From IMG/VR virus record IMGVR_UViG_3300021400_002728, positions 293,154-357,153 of that record: a stretch of DNA of 64,000 nucleotides. One strand, 5' to 3'. Every line of letters starts with the position of its first letter. Position 1 is the first letter of the stretch. Made by a program: the position numbers and the translations under genes. Origin of the DNA: a virus. Its lineage: Duplodnaviria > Heunggongvirae > Uroviricota > Caudoviricetes. Below are positions 47,611-58,400 of the stretch, piece by piece. The notes below the pieces were generated by a model, which searched no databases, was not told where the DNA came from, and worked only from the letters and a program-made list of their open reading frames with translations.

Positions 47611-50600
47611 TTACTGTCTACCGCCATTATTATCAGTGTTATTTCCATAAATACCACTAATTGTACGACGATCTTGACGCATTGCGTCCATTCTAGCTTC
47701 ATCAGCTGTGTACTCAGATTTCTGTGCACCATGCTCATGACTGATAGATTGAGTCTTCTGATCAATAATATCATTCATTGCCTGCTGAGCTCTCATAGCT
47801 TCACCTTGTCTAGCTTCAGATGCTGATACAGTTTCTCTCTGATTGATTACAGAACTCATATCAGGTTGCTGCTGTGGTGTAGTACCATACATTCCTGCTG
47901 CGACATTTCTCTGAGGAGGAGTGTTAGGTCTAGTTGGAACAGGTCCATTAGCTCTACCAGGTTGTGGTTGTGCCTGCTGAGGTCTAGCATTTTGCATAGA
48001 CTGAGGTGTAGGTCTAGCTGCCTGTTGAGGCTGCTGAGTAGGATTAGTTGCCTGTTGAGGCTGAGGTGTAGGTCTTGTTGCCTGTGGCTGCGGTCTAGAC
48101 TGTTGAGGTCTAGCAGCTTGTTGAGGCTGAGGTCCAAGATTATCTAATCCTTCTAATACACTACCATCGCTCTTACCACTAGGTGTTGGTGCTTGTGCCT
48201 GTGTATTGTTATACATAGACATTGGCTGAGGTTTAGGTTGTGCTTGAGCTTGAGGTTGTGGCTGACTCTGTGGCTGAGGTGCAGATTGAGCACCTGGCTT
48301 AGTCTTCAAGTTAATTGTAGTTTTAGAAGCTGCTGCTTCTTGTGCGCTAACAACTGAAGCCATATCATTTCCACTGTTACTACTACTGCTACCACTACCA
48401 GAATCAGTTTTACCATTAGGAGTATAGTTATTGATAGCACTTTGAAGCTGTTCTTGTACAGATGCAGAACGTACAACTTTACCAGCATCGGATTTAGCTT
48501 GAGCATATTGACCCTTAACTGCAGCCTTCTGCTCACCATGGGCTTCATTTTGTCTATCAACCTCTTTATTCCATGCTTCAACCGCTGCATCATACTCTTC
48601 TTGAGATTTAGCTTCTTGCATATTCTTCATTAAGCCTTCTCTAACGTGAGCATCTGCAGAATGCTTATCTTTATCATAGTGCTGAGAAACTCTATCAACA
48701 ATATCTTTGATTTCTTCCTGAGCTTCTCTAGATGATTTAACATCTTCACCATTCTGAAGTTGTTTTAACTGAAGCATAGCTGCTGCCTGAGCAGATGCTG
48801 CTTCTTTATTAAGCTTCTGAGTAGATCCACGACCAATCTTACCTTGAAGAGTAGTATTATTAACTTCATCTGACATAGTATTAATAGCTGAAGTAAGTGC
48901 TGCTTCAAGCTCATCTTTATGCTTAGCAACTGCAGCGTCTTTAGTAGCATTCTTGATCTTTTCATCAATATTACCACCTGTAGCAGAATCATAATCGATC
49001 CCACGTTTTGCCAGAGCTTCTCTAGCTGCACGCTCCTTAATAGCTTCTTTAACTTTCTCTTTTTCAGTAGTAATCTGCTGAGTCTTAGCGGCAATTTTCT
49101 TTTTATACTCAGCTAATCTAGCTTCATCTTCTTCAGCCATCTTATGAGGTTCTTCGCCTTCTTTAAGCTTAGCATTAAGTCTCTGAAGTTCTTCTCTTTG
49201 TTTAATAAGGTCTTTATAGTCAGCGTTATTCTGTAATTCTTCTAACTCTTCTCTATGACCTCTATGATCAGCTACCATACGTCTTTCTTCTTCAGTAAGC
49301 AATGCATCATCAAATGTAGTATCACCATACTCATCTGTACCAGTAATAGCATCAGTTAAAGTACGATTAACTTCATTGTTGACTGCGGTATTTTCTTTTG
49401 CAGCTTCAGCATACATTGCCGCACGTTTCTCTTCAACGATACTTTCAGCATTTTTACGTATCTGTGAAGCGGCAGTAGCTTTGCTAATCTGACGATCTTT
49501 ATTAAGCTTAGTATGCATTCCAATAAGACCTTCATGCTCATTACCTTCTGCAAATACTGCATTAGTACCAGTATGCATAAGCTTAGAAAGTGCATTACCT
49601 TTACGTGATTCAACGATAGCTTTACCGTCTTTATCATAACCAACAACTTTACCTGACTTATCATAAGCATCTACTGCTTCTCTTGATTTCTGCTTAGCCC
49701 AGTTCTTAAATGCTCTTCTCTGATCAACAAGTGCTGGAGAAATATTTCTTTCAGTTCTCTCCATGACCTGTTTAATTTTCTGAGCAATTACAGGGTTAAA
49801 GTAAAGTAATAATAGCAATAAGCCTAAAGTTGCCAATAATGCAAGAAGTGTAGGCTGGAACATTGCACATACTGTATAAAGAATAATATCAAAAATAATA
49901 GAATATATAGTAATCTCTAAGAATGATACTAACAACATTCCGAGAATACCTTTACCAGTCTGAACTAATTTCTTATTTGATGTAAGAATTAATGGACCTG
50001 CAAGAATCATACCTAATAATGCAATAAATAACTGAATTTTAGCAATAACTACATTAAGTGCATACTTAAATAATACTACAGCTAACATTGCTAATACAAC
50101 TGCAAATAATAATAAGCATAACATTCTTGCACCACCACCAGGTGTAGCAAATGCAGCAACTGTAGTTATAATTCGCTGTTTAACTGCAGCATCAGATGTA
50201 TTATTATATTGTGTTTGTAAATAAGTCATCATAGATGACATTTTATTATAACAAGATTGTGTATCTGTTGATGGATATGTTTTATTCAAACTTGTTTTAC
50301 TAGTGGCACTAGAATTAGCAAACCAATAGTAATAACCTAAGTTTTCATTAAAATCATTATGCATATTAGCACCACTTACACCAGATAAGTAGCTAGATGC
50401 CGTAGATCCGCCTGAATCACCAAACTTATCAAATTTAAGATCATCTATATGATTTGTATTAAACTGACAGCATAATTGTAAATCAATAAATGCTTTATTA
50501 ACTAAAGCCATTTCACACATTTGTGTAACTTCTGTTTCACGAGATGCGTCAGTTATATCAATTGAAAATGCATCACCGTCACCACCTGTACTTATAGCTT

Positions 50601-51531
50601 CAGCAGCTGAATACATTACTTTATTTGCTAAAGTTGATACAGTAGATCCGAGTGATGAAAGTCTACCAGTTAAACAAATACCAATTATAATAGCACCAAG
50701 TGCTATAGTACCAATAATTTCCCAAATACCTTGAGTTTTATCTTTACCTCTAACCCATCTTATAGCAAATGCAGCTATAGTAAAGATTAAAACTATAAGA
50801 CAAAAACCAGTAAATGCCGATAATTTAGCATGATCACCATCATATAAGAAATTCTTAGTCATGGTTTCATTTAGTTTATCTAAGTGTAAAAGACTCATAA
50901 TAAGATCCATACTAAGATTCTTTGCTCGTATAATAAGACTAATAATAAGAACAGCTAACCATGCAAGATGCTGTAAAATCCAATATCCAGCCATTCCTAA
51001 CCACAATAAAAATCCGGTAGTTGTTTGAGAAGCTGCATACAATCTTAATGATGTTACTCCACTAGCATTTACTTCTTCTGCTGTTGGAACATTCTTAAAC
51101 CATTCTGCAGATACACCACTACCCCAGTATTCAGCTGCACTTGGAGTATGTAATGCACCATAACTAGGATTACTACCAGTTGCAGATGTGCCATCTTCTG
51201 CGTAGTAACCTGCCCAACCTTCTACATATTCATCGTCTTCATCATAAATAGCGTCATATGGAAATTCACCATGATATGCCGCTAAACTATGAGTAGCGCC
51301 ATAAGTAACATCCATACTAACCTTTTTAACTGTTATTCCAGTAGTATCATATGGATATGTATCTACAGCAGATGAATTCATTTTATTATCTAGGTTATTC
51401 CAGTTTTTATCCGATTTCTGAAAGCTAGTTGATGCACTGGCTATAGCAAAACTGAATATTGTACCAATCATCATTAATACTACTAACACAATAACTGGTA
51501 AAAAAGTATTTAGTATTCGTTTTTTATTCAT
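47611..51531 (-). CDS. Large polytopic membrane protein, VirB6/TrbL-like, with coiled-coil and Pro/Gln-rich C-terminus
   Basis: Signal/TM, many TM helices in two clusters, long charged cytoplasmic tail; context of transfer-like genes. Confidence 0.55.
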   Translation of the reverse strand: MNKKRILNTFLPVIVLVVLMMIGTIFSFAIASASTSFQKSDKNWNNLDNKMNSSAVDTYPYDTTGITVKKVSMDVTYGATHSLAAYHGEFPYDAIYDEDDEYVEGWAGYYAEDGTSATGSNPSYGALHTPSAAEYWGSGVSAEWFKNVPTAEEVNASGVTSLRLYAASQTTTGFLLWLGMAGYWILQHLAWLAVLIISLIIRAKNLSMDLIMSLLHLDKLNETMTKNFLYDGDHAKLSAFTGFCLIVLIFTIAAFAIRWVRGKDKTQGIWEIIGTIALGAIIIGICLTGRLSSLGSTVSTLANKVMYSAAEAISTGGDGDAFSIDITDASRETEVTQMCEMALVNKAFIDLQLCCQFNTNHIDDLKFDKFGDSGGSTASSYLSGVSGANMHNDFNENLGYYYWFANSSATSKTSLNKTYPSTDTQSCYNKMSSMMTYLQTQYNNTSDAAVKQRIITTVAAFATPGGGARMLCLLLFAVVLAMLAVVLFKYALNVVIAKIQLFIALLGMILAGPLILTSNKKLVQTGKGILGMLLVSFLEITIYSIIFDIILYTVCAMFQPTLLALLATLGLLLLLLYFNPVIAQKIKQVMERTERNISPALVDQRRAFKNWAKQKSREAVDAYDKSGKVVGYDKDGKAIVESRKGNALSKLMHTGTNAVFAEGNEHEGLIGMHTKLNKDRQISKATAASQIRKNAESIVEEKRAAMYAEAAKENTAVNNEVNRTLTDAITGTDEYGDTTFDDALLTEEERRMVADHRGHREELEELQNNADYKDLIKQREELQRLNAKLKEGEEPHKMAEEDEARLAEYKKKIAAKTQQITTEKEKVKEAIKERAAREALAKRGIDYDSATGGNIDEKIKNATKDAAVAKHKDELEAALTSAINTMSDEVNNTTLQGKIGRGSTQKLNKEAASAQAAAMLQLKQLQNGEDVKSSREAQEEIKDIVDRVSQHYDKDKHSADAHVREGLMKNMQEAKSQEEYDAAVEAWNKEVDRQNEAHGEQKAAVKGQYAQAKSDAGKVVRSASVQEQLQSAINNYTPNGKTDSGSGSSSSNSGNDMASVVSAQEAAASKTTINLKTKPGAQSAPQPQSQPQPQAQAQPKPQPMSMYNNTQAQAPTPSGKSDGSVLEGLDNLGPQPQQAARPQQSRPQPQATRPTPQPQQATNPTQQPQQAARPTPQSMQNARPQQAQPQPGRANGPVPTRPNTPPQRNVAAGMYGTTPQQQPDMSSVINQRETVSASEARQGEAMRAQQAMNDIIDQKTQSISHEHGAQKSEYTADEARMDAMRQDRRTISGIYGNNTDNNGGRQ
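47930..48290 (-). repeat. Low-complexity coding repeats (QPQ/ARPTPQ) in the VirB6-like protein
   Basis: Recurring TGAGG(T/C)TG and CCTGTTGAGGCTG units on the + strand. Confidence 0.7.
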
Positions 51532-51548
51532 TTTACTAATTTCCTCCT

Positions 51549-52073
51549 TTAGCCAGCATTTGCGCCAGATTCATAATATTCCCATTCTTCTAATGATACA
51601 CATCTTAAGAAACTGTGCATTTTAGTTGCGTCATAACTACATACATAAGTTTTCTTTGTACCATCTTCAAACGTAGTTTCTACATAAACTTGAAACTGAT
51701 TAGATGTATCTAATATTTCTTCTGAAGAAATTTTTCCATGCGATTCTTCATCAGCAGCAGCTCTTCCATGTAATTTTGATATCATAGAAGATTTATCTGC
51801 AGCTTGTTCATTAGTAAGTCTTTCTGCATGATAAATATTGATATCACCAATTTGAATCATCTTTTCAGTAATAACTTCAGTTTCTTCTGAATTTTCTTCG
51901 ACAGGATCTTTTATATCCTCTCGATCTTTAACTTCATTATATGCATAATTATGCTCGCTAGTAGAAGGTTCTTCTTCTACAGGTCTCTTATGAAATATCG
52001 CAATACATACAATTGCAATAACAAAGACTGAGAGAATAATAGATACTAAAATAATTTTTGTTTTTTGATTCAT
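51549..52073 (-). CDS. Membrane-anchored hypothetical protein
   Basis: N-terminal TM; AAGGAG RBS. Confidence 0.65.
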   Translation of the reverse strand: MNQKTKIILVSIILSVFVIAIVCIAIFHKRPVEEEPSTSEHNYAYNEVKDREDIKDPVEENSEETEVITEKMIQIGDINIYHAERLTNEQAADKSSMISKLHGRAAADEESHGKISSEEILDTSNQFQVYVETTFEDGTKKTYVCSYDATKMHSFLRCVSLEEWEYYESGANAG

Positions 52074-52087
52074 ATCTTTTATTCTCC

Positions 52088-53458
52088 TTAAAATACATTA
52101 GCTATATAACAAATCTGTGCAATTCCATAATTTCCATTTCTATTGCTGCCAGAATTGAGTAAAGCTCTTACTTGTATATCTTTCCAAACAAAATTTCCAC
52201 TACCATCCATTGGTCCTTCATATCCTCCAGCTAATCCTCTAGCAGAATCAATTCCATACCAAAGTCCAGTAGATTCTTCATATTTAGTAATTAAGATAGC
52301 ATGATTTCCTTCACCATCTCCATCATAATCAAAATAAAGCAATATACCAGCGTCACCACAAACATTAGGATCGCATAAAAGATCTTTAATAGTATCACCA
52401 GTAATAGCTGTACCACCTGGAGACGTATTTTCAATACATAATATTGAATCTACACCTAAAACTTGTGACCAATAAACAGCCCAAGATGAACCTGCGCCGT
52501 TATTTGGAATAGATAAGTCAAATACCCATTTATCACTATCAGCATTAGATAAATAATAATCACTTGTAGCATCCCATGCAGATAGATCTAATGATTCATC
52601 TCTTAAATATCCCCAATTGGCCATTGTCCAACCACCTACACCATTTTTACTTGCAAATGCAGCTGCACCATTAGCTGGGCTACCACAAGTAGTATCAGTA
52701 ACTGCAGATGTACCACCATTAATTGCTTTTCTAATAGTAACAGGCGTAGATACTAATGAAGAATCAAGAGTTTCACCACACATTTGATACTGTCCAGTTT
52801 CATCCCAAAGATAATCAAAGAAATTTAATCCTTGTGATGTATAGTATCTCATAAACATATTTGCGGTTGCACAATCAGTACATGGGCCAGAACCATCTTG
52901 TATAATATAATGTCCATTAAGGTTTTCAAGATCAAATCCTCTGTCTCCACAATATTGCTGATATACAGCAGTTTTCTTTAAAGATGCACTTGCTTCTGTA
53001 TCACAATAGTAATGTGGTGTAGGAGATACTGACTCTATTATACTAATAGCAAATAATGTACCATTATATAATACTAGTACAACAGCCGTTACAATTGCTA
53101 TTGGATATGCATGTGCTGCTACCCATGAAGCAACTTTTTGAATCTTTAAAAACATCTCTTTCATTTTCTTATAAAATTCATAACTTTTAAATTTTTGAGA
53201 TGCTTTATTTGCTATAAGTCCAGCCTTACCTTTAAATCCCTTTGCATTTTTAAATTCTTGTCCAAAAGCTTTTGCATTCTTAAAGCCTTCAACAGGTTTA
53301 GAGTGCATAAATTTTTGTTTTTCGAGGTCGATTTTATCACTTACTCCCTTTTTAACGCTATCGGCAGCATTTTTTGGAGCATTATGAGCACGTTCTTTTG
53401 CATTATTAAATGCGCGTGTCCAACGATTATCGCCTCCAGTATTACTACCTTGTCCCAT
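52088..53458 (-). CDS. Membrane-anchored papain-fold (C39-like) peptidase, possible transfer-associated wall hydrolase
   Basis: QDGSGPCTDCATA (Q...C), NHAILIT (H), GIDS (D); TM near residue 120. Confidence 0.5.
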   Translation of the reverse strand: MGQGSNTGGDNRWTRAFNNAKERAHNAPKNAADSVKKGVSDKIDLEKQKFMHSKPVEGFKNAKAFGQEFKNAKGFKGKAGLIANKASQKFKSYEFYKKMKEMFLKIQKVASWVAAHAYPIAIVTAVVLVLYNGTLFAISIIESVSPTPHYYCDTEASASLKKTAVYQQYCGDRGFDLENLNGHYIIQDGSGPCTDCATANMFMRYYTSQGLNFFDYLWDETGQYQMCGETLDSSLVSTPVTIRKAINGGTSAVTDTTCGSPANGAAAFASKNGVGGWTMANWGYLRDESLDLSAWDATSDYYLSNADSDKWVFDLSIPNNGAGSSWAVYWSQVLGVDSILCIENTSPGGTAITGDTIKDLLCDPNVCGDAGILLYFDYDGDGEGNHAILITKYEESTGLWYGIDSARGLAGGYEGPMDGSGNFVWKDIQVRALLNSGSNRNGNYGIAQICYIANVF

Positions 53459-53463
53459 AAGCG

Positions 53464-53769
53464 TTAACCCTCTCTAAGTACTGATAAAATACTCTCTTGC
53501 TGTTTCTTATTAAGACCTGAAGACAGAGATGAAATAAATCCTTTAATCTTTTCTTCATTTGCCTTAATTGAGAAATTAGCATCCTTTTTGTCAACGGTAC
53601 CACTAATATCAATATAGTTCATACCGCCCTTCTCGTGTCGTACTGCAAGTGCAGCATTATCGAGAACATGACAACAACGTTTCTTACCTACATTCTCGTC
53701 AGAAGCATAGCATATACTACATCCACCGTCCTTACGAGCACGCATCATTCCCTGTGCCATTGTCTTCAC
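53464..53769 (-). CDS. Hypothetical Cys-containing protein
   Basis: CSIC...RCCH; GGAGG RBS. Confidence 0.6.
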   Translation of the reverse strand: MKTMAQGMMRARKDGGCSICYASDENVGKKRCCHVLDNAALAVRHEKGGMNYIDISGTVDKKDANFSIKANEEKIKGFISSLSSGLNKKQQESILSVLREG

Positions 53770-53782
53770 CTCCTATATTATT

Positions 53783-55159
53783 TTACATAAATTCTCTAAT
53801 TACCCAAGTTCCGCCATTCTGCTCTACTAACATATATGTTTCAAGAGTATATTTGAAACCTGTATCTGTAATAATTGAATATGCAACATGTACATTATAA
53901 CCTAAATAATTAGGCTCAGAATATGCCTGAAAATCTTCAATTTGAACAAACTGTGCATTATAGTTATTAAACTTACGGAAGTTCTGGAAATCCTGAGATG
54001 TATCAGTAGTTCCCTCATATAATGCTTTAAGAGTATTGTTTACCTTAGTCTGCATTTTACTTGTTGTATCTTCATCAAGAAGCTTATCTTCATCAAAAGC
54101 AAATACAGGATCTACAGTAATCTCTTTAAAGTCAACCATATCAGTTTCTACTAATGAGTAAAGATTCATTTCATCAACAATTGCATAACCTGTAGTTACA
54201 ACAGTAGTCTCATCAGTATCATACTGATATGCAAGTTTTACTGGTACATAGAAACTGTATCTTTCTCTAATAACTTCACCAGATTCCATAATTGCACCAT
54301 TACTTGTCATGTAATAGTGTTTTGCCTCACCAGTCTGATTTACCTGATAATCAACAGATGTATTAGGAATTTCTAACTCTTCTTCAGGTTCTGGTGTAGG
54401 TGTTGCTTCAGCTACTTCTGTTTCAGTTTTTTCAACAGGAATAGGATTTCCTTCATCATCTAATACTAATTCACCATTTTCATCTACAACATACTCAATT
54501 TCAGTCTCTTCAGTTGTTTCACCTTCAGTAGTATCAGTTACTTCTTCTGTAGGTGCTGGAGTAGGTGTAACAGTTTTTTCAACTGGTTCAGAAGTCTTAG
54601 ATAAATCTGCGCCAAATCCACTTCTCTTTAACTGTTCAATAATATTTTTATCTGTAACAGGTTTATCATTCATAGTAGTAATAATATCTACTGAGAAATA
54701 TACCTGTGCTAAAGTAGGACTAAGTTTTCTTACTTTGAAAATATAGCAAGAATCTTTATCAACTTCTACAGATGCAATATTTACTCCTTGACCGGCTCTA
54801 TTATCGTTGTAATATTTTAAGAATAAGTTTTCACAATTATCTCTAATATAACCATCAAGACCTTCACTAGGATAAATATCTGTATATCTAGCACTATTAA
54901 CTATACCAGCTACATCATCTTCGGTTAATCCTTGTTTAAAGAATGTGTTATAAGTACCAAATGTGATGAGTATACCAGAAACTAATACAATTAGCAAAGT
55001 AATGATTACTTTATTTGTTTTCTGTTTACTATGTAATGCCTGTAATTTCTTTTGTCTTTCAAGTATAGACGCCTGAATTTCGGCTTCTTGTTCTCGCTCC
55101 TTTTTTGCACGTTCTGCTTCAAGTTCTTCAGGAGTTTTTCCTAAAACGAGTTTACCCAT
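53783..55159 (-). CDS. TcpC/VirB8-like conjugation protein
   Basis: N-terminal TM, two alpha/beta domains separated by a P/T/E linker, ends in YMLVEQNGGTWVI (NTF2-like edge strands). Confidence 0.5.
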   Translation of the reverse strand: MGKLVLGKTPEELEAERAKKEREQEAEIQASILERQKKLQALHSKQKTNKVIITLLIVLVSGILITFGTYNTFFKQGLTEDDVAGIVNSARYTDIYPSEGLDGYIRDNCENLFLKYYNDNRAGQGVNIASVEVDKDSCYIFKVRKLSPTLAQVYFSVDIITTMNDKPVTDKNIIEQLKRSGFGADLSKTSEPVEKTVTPTPAPTEEVTDTTEGETTEETEIEYVVDENGELVLDDEGNPIPVEKTETEVAEATPTPEPEEELEIPNTSVDYQVNQTGEAKHYYMTSNGAIMESGEVIRERYSFYVPVKLAYQYDTDETTVVTTGYAIVDEMNLYSLVETDMVDFKEITVDPVFAFDEDKLLDEDTTSKMQTKVNNTLKALYEGTTDTSQDFQNFRKFNNYNAQFVQIEDFQAYSEPNYLGYNVHVAYSIITDTGFKYTLETYMLVEQNGGTWVIREFM

Positions 55160-55281
55160 TAAATAATTTCCTCCTATGCATGAAATATCGATTAAAGCCA
55201 GTCATTCCAACTGGCGTTGGATTTGACATTTGTATATATTATTAAATAGCTCTTCACATAAAAGATTTATTTTAAAGGCTA

Positions 55282-55310
55282 TTTACATGCAGGTATATAG
55301 AAATTATAAT
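55282..55310 (+). promoter_or_regulatory. Plus-strand promoter ctaTTTACA-N17-TATAAT (only one seen on this strand)
   Basis: Same consensus as the seven minus-strand promoters. Confidence 0.6.
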
Positions 55311-55362
55311 TCAAATAATTAAGTGTCCTTAGTGGTCAACTAAGAATACTAGAGATATATAA

Positions 55363-55405
55363 ACGAAAACCTGATAGTAGATTTTGGTCTACTACCAGGT
55401 TTCGT
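55363..55405 (-). terminator. Intrinsic terminator of the adhesin gene
   Basis: ACGAAACCTGGTAGTAGAC-CAAA-ATCTACTATCAGGTTTTCGT stem with T-rich tail. Confidence 0.7.
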
Positions 55406-55440
55406 CATAAGATGAGAGTAAGAACTAAAACAGTTCTATA

Positions 55441-58400
55441 TTAGAATCCAGAATCATTGTGACCATCGCCATCAATTTCTTCTGTCATCATACTAGTCAT
55501 GGCCTCCATTACGTCTTCCTCAACATCTTCATCTACATTATCTGTAGAATCATTGTCAGTTACAGTCTTTTTTCTTCTGGTTGCGAAGAAAGCACCTATG
55601 CAAAGTACACCAAGAAGTGAAAGAATTGTAATAGGAAGGATTGGTAAGTTATCACCAGTCTTAGGAGGAATGATAATGATCTTATCGAACATCTTAAGAT
55701 TGATTGCACAGATACCATCAGATTCCTTCAATGAAGTATCTTCAGTATAATCTGTCTTATCTTCACTAGCTCCATAATAAGGTGAACCCTTAATAGGAAT
55801 TACAGTGTTGCAAATCTTATATCCAAATGGTGCTTTGGTTTCCTTAGCGTAGAATATCTGATTTTCATCATAGGTGATGATGATAAATTCAACTTCACCA
55901 TTCTCGTTAGTCTTACCAACGCAATCATTACCATTTATATCCTTAGCAATCTGTGTGCAGTTCTCATCTGTAAAGATTGTAATCTCTGCATTTCTAAGTA
56001 CATACACATGATTGTCAAAATCAGACTTGACAAGCTTAACATGAAGTTTCATGCTAGTATCGAATGTCTGTTTCTCATCATTGATGTCAGAGTGTGTTGC
56101 AACTCTTACATTATTAAGATACATATCCTCGAATACAACTACTTTTCTACCAGCTACAAGTCCAGCATTGAACTTGAACGTAACATTAACTGTTCCAGAA
56201 GCAAGTCCATCTTCACCAATTGTAGAGTTTTCTTCAGTAGGAGTGATTTCTGCACTTGCAGTAATCTTATTACCTTCAGCATCCTTTACGTACTCGTACT
56301 CTTCGTCTTCACCATATTCTCTCTTGAATACAAGTGTACCTGTTACAGTATACTTCTTTCCAGGAACAAGGTGTTCATAAGAAACGGTATCAATAATAGT
56401 CTGCGTCTGAGTACCATCTAAGAATACCTGAGTGTTTCCATCCTCATCCTTAACAGTAGTTCTAACTTTAGGAATGTAAATTGTCTGATCTTCATCAGAA
56501 ATGTCTTCGTGCTTAGCAACAGCTTCCTTATTTGGCGTACCATCTTTCTTAGCACCAACATATAAGCATTCTTCGAATACTACTAATGTTTTACCTTCAA
56601 GACCTGTTGTATCAAGGGTAAAGATAACTTCTACCTTACCAGAAGATTCTGCAGGTAAGAATCTGGTAACTGCTGTAACGGTCTTACCGTCAATTTCAAG
56701 GGCTTTTCCAGTTTCCTTATCCATTACAATACCAGACATATCATACCATACACCAGGGAGTAACTTGTTATATTCAACAACATCAACAATCTGTACAGTT
56801 TCGCCATAAGGTACAACCTTTTCACGATATTCTATACCCTTGTTTTCTATTGCTCTTACATAACCGTTTGCTGTAGTACCAATTTCAGGAACGAATGTCC
56901 ACTGCCACTGATCATCGATTTCTGAGTGAGTAGCAACCTTGATTTCATTGTAGTAGCAGTCCTCAAATGCAACTACGTGAGTTCCCTTGAGCGCTGTAGA
57001 ATCAAATGTAAATACAAGATCTACGTTACCAGAAGCAATCAACTTACCATCACTAATTGTTACCTGAGTATCAGGTAAGTCCTTAGGAATGAATGTCTTT
57101 GTAGCAGTAATTCTGTTGCCATCTTTGTCAAGTATAGGTTCTCCAGTATCAACGTTTACAAGGTAACCTTTGATTGTGTATTCCTTATCTGCCTGCAAAC
57201 TTACGAATGTAACAGTATCGGTAATAGTCTCTTTAGTATTCCAACGTGATACATGATCACCAATAACAGTGTCAATCAAGTGTGTGAAGATTCTAGGAAT
57301 AAGAATAGTCTGTTTCTCATCTTCAATGTCTGCGTGAATTGCGTACACATGACTAGGCTCTTCATCAGAGATGCATCTTTCGAATGCAATGATCTGTGTA
57401 CTCTTGGTAACATTGATCTTCTCTTCATCAGAGATACCACGCTCTGTACGAGCCTCTTCTTCAGTGTATTCATTAGTAATAACTCTAGTATCATCATTAC
57501 CAGATACATCTGTAGGCTCTACGACAGGATTTCCATCATCATCAACTTCAGGAGCAGTACCAGTATCGGTTACTGTTCTATTAATGTTAAGATGATCTTT
57601 GTCAAGATTGTGGTCAAAATCATGTAACTGATCAGCAGGAATTGTGAATGATACTTCTACATCGCCTTCACCTGTATCAGAAGCTGTGAAAGGAACATCC
57701 TGAGTAATAAGCTCAAGAGTATCTTCAGATTCATTTGTCAAGTGGTAAGGCTCACCAGTACTCTTATCCATCAATACGCACTGCATAATGTATTTCTTAC
57801 CAGGAACAAGACCTGTGTAGTGTACATAGTCAGTAACAGTAGTATCTTCCTCAAGAGGAACCACATGAATTTCAGTATGAGATTCTAAGAACTCAGTGTG
57901 AATTTCAGGGATAACGATGGTCTGCTCAGCATCGTTGATGTCGTTATGATATGCATAGCAATCATTAGGAACAGCAACAGTCTCGTCAGGAACATAAGTG
58001 TTATTTGTACCAAGAAGCATGTACTCATAAACTACGAATGTACCACCATTACGTGCATCTGTCTTGTTGAGGTTGAGCTCGATGTCGAACTCGTCATCAA
58101 CTGCGATAATACCTACACAACCATCTTTTCCACATTCGCACTTGTACTCAACTGCAGCACCTGTAGCTACGCTTGCAGGAGACTTGTAAGGAGTATACTG
58201 TATAAACTTAGAACCATCAGCAAGGTTTACAACCGGCTTTCCAGTATCTTTGTTTATAACGATAGTTACTAATGTGTAATCAGTGTTAGGTGTAATCTTG
58301 TTCATGCTTACGGTATCTTTAATCTTCCAATCGTATGTAGAAGGATCTTCAGCATGGAGATACCAGTCATCACCTGTAGCATTGTTACCACTTATGGTGA

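Noticed and set aside
47930-48290. Short nucleotide repeats as iterons or a CRISPR-like array
   Set aside because: They are in-frame Pro/Gln low-complexity coding repeats
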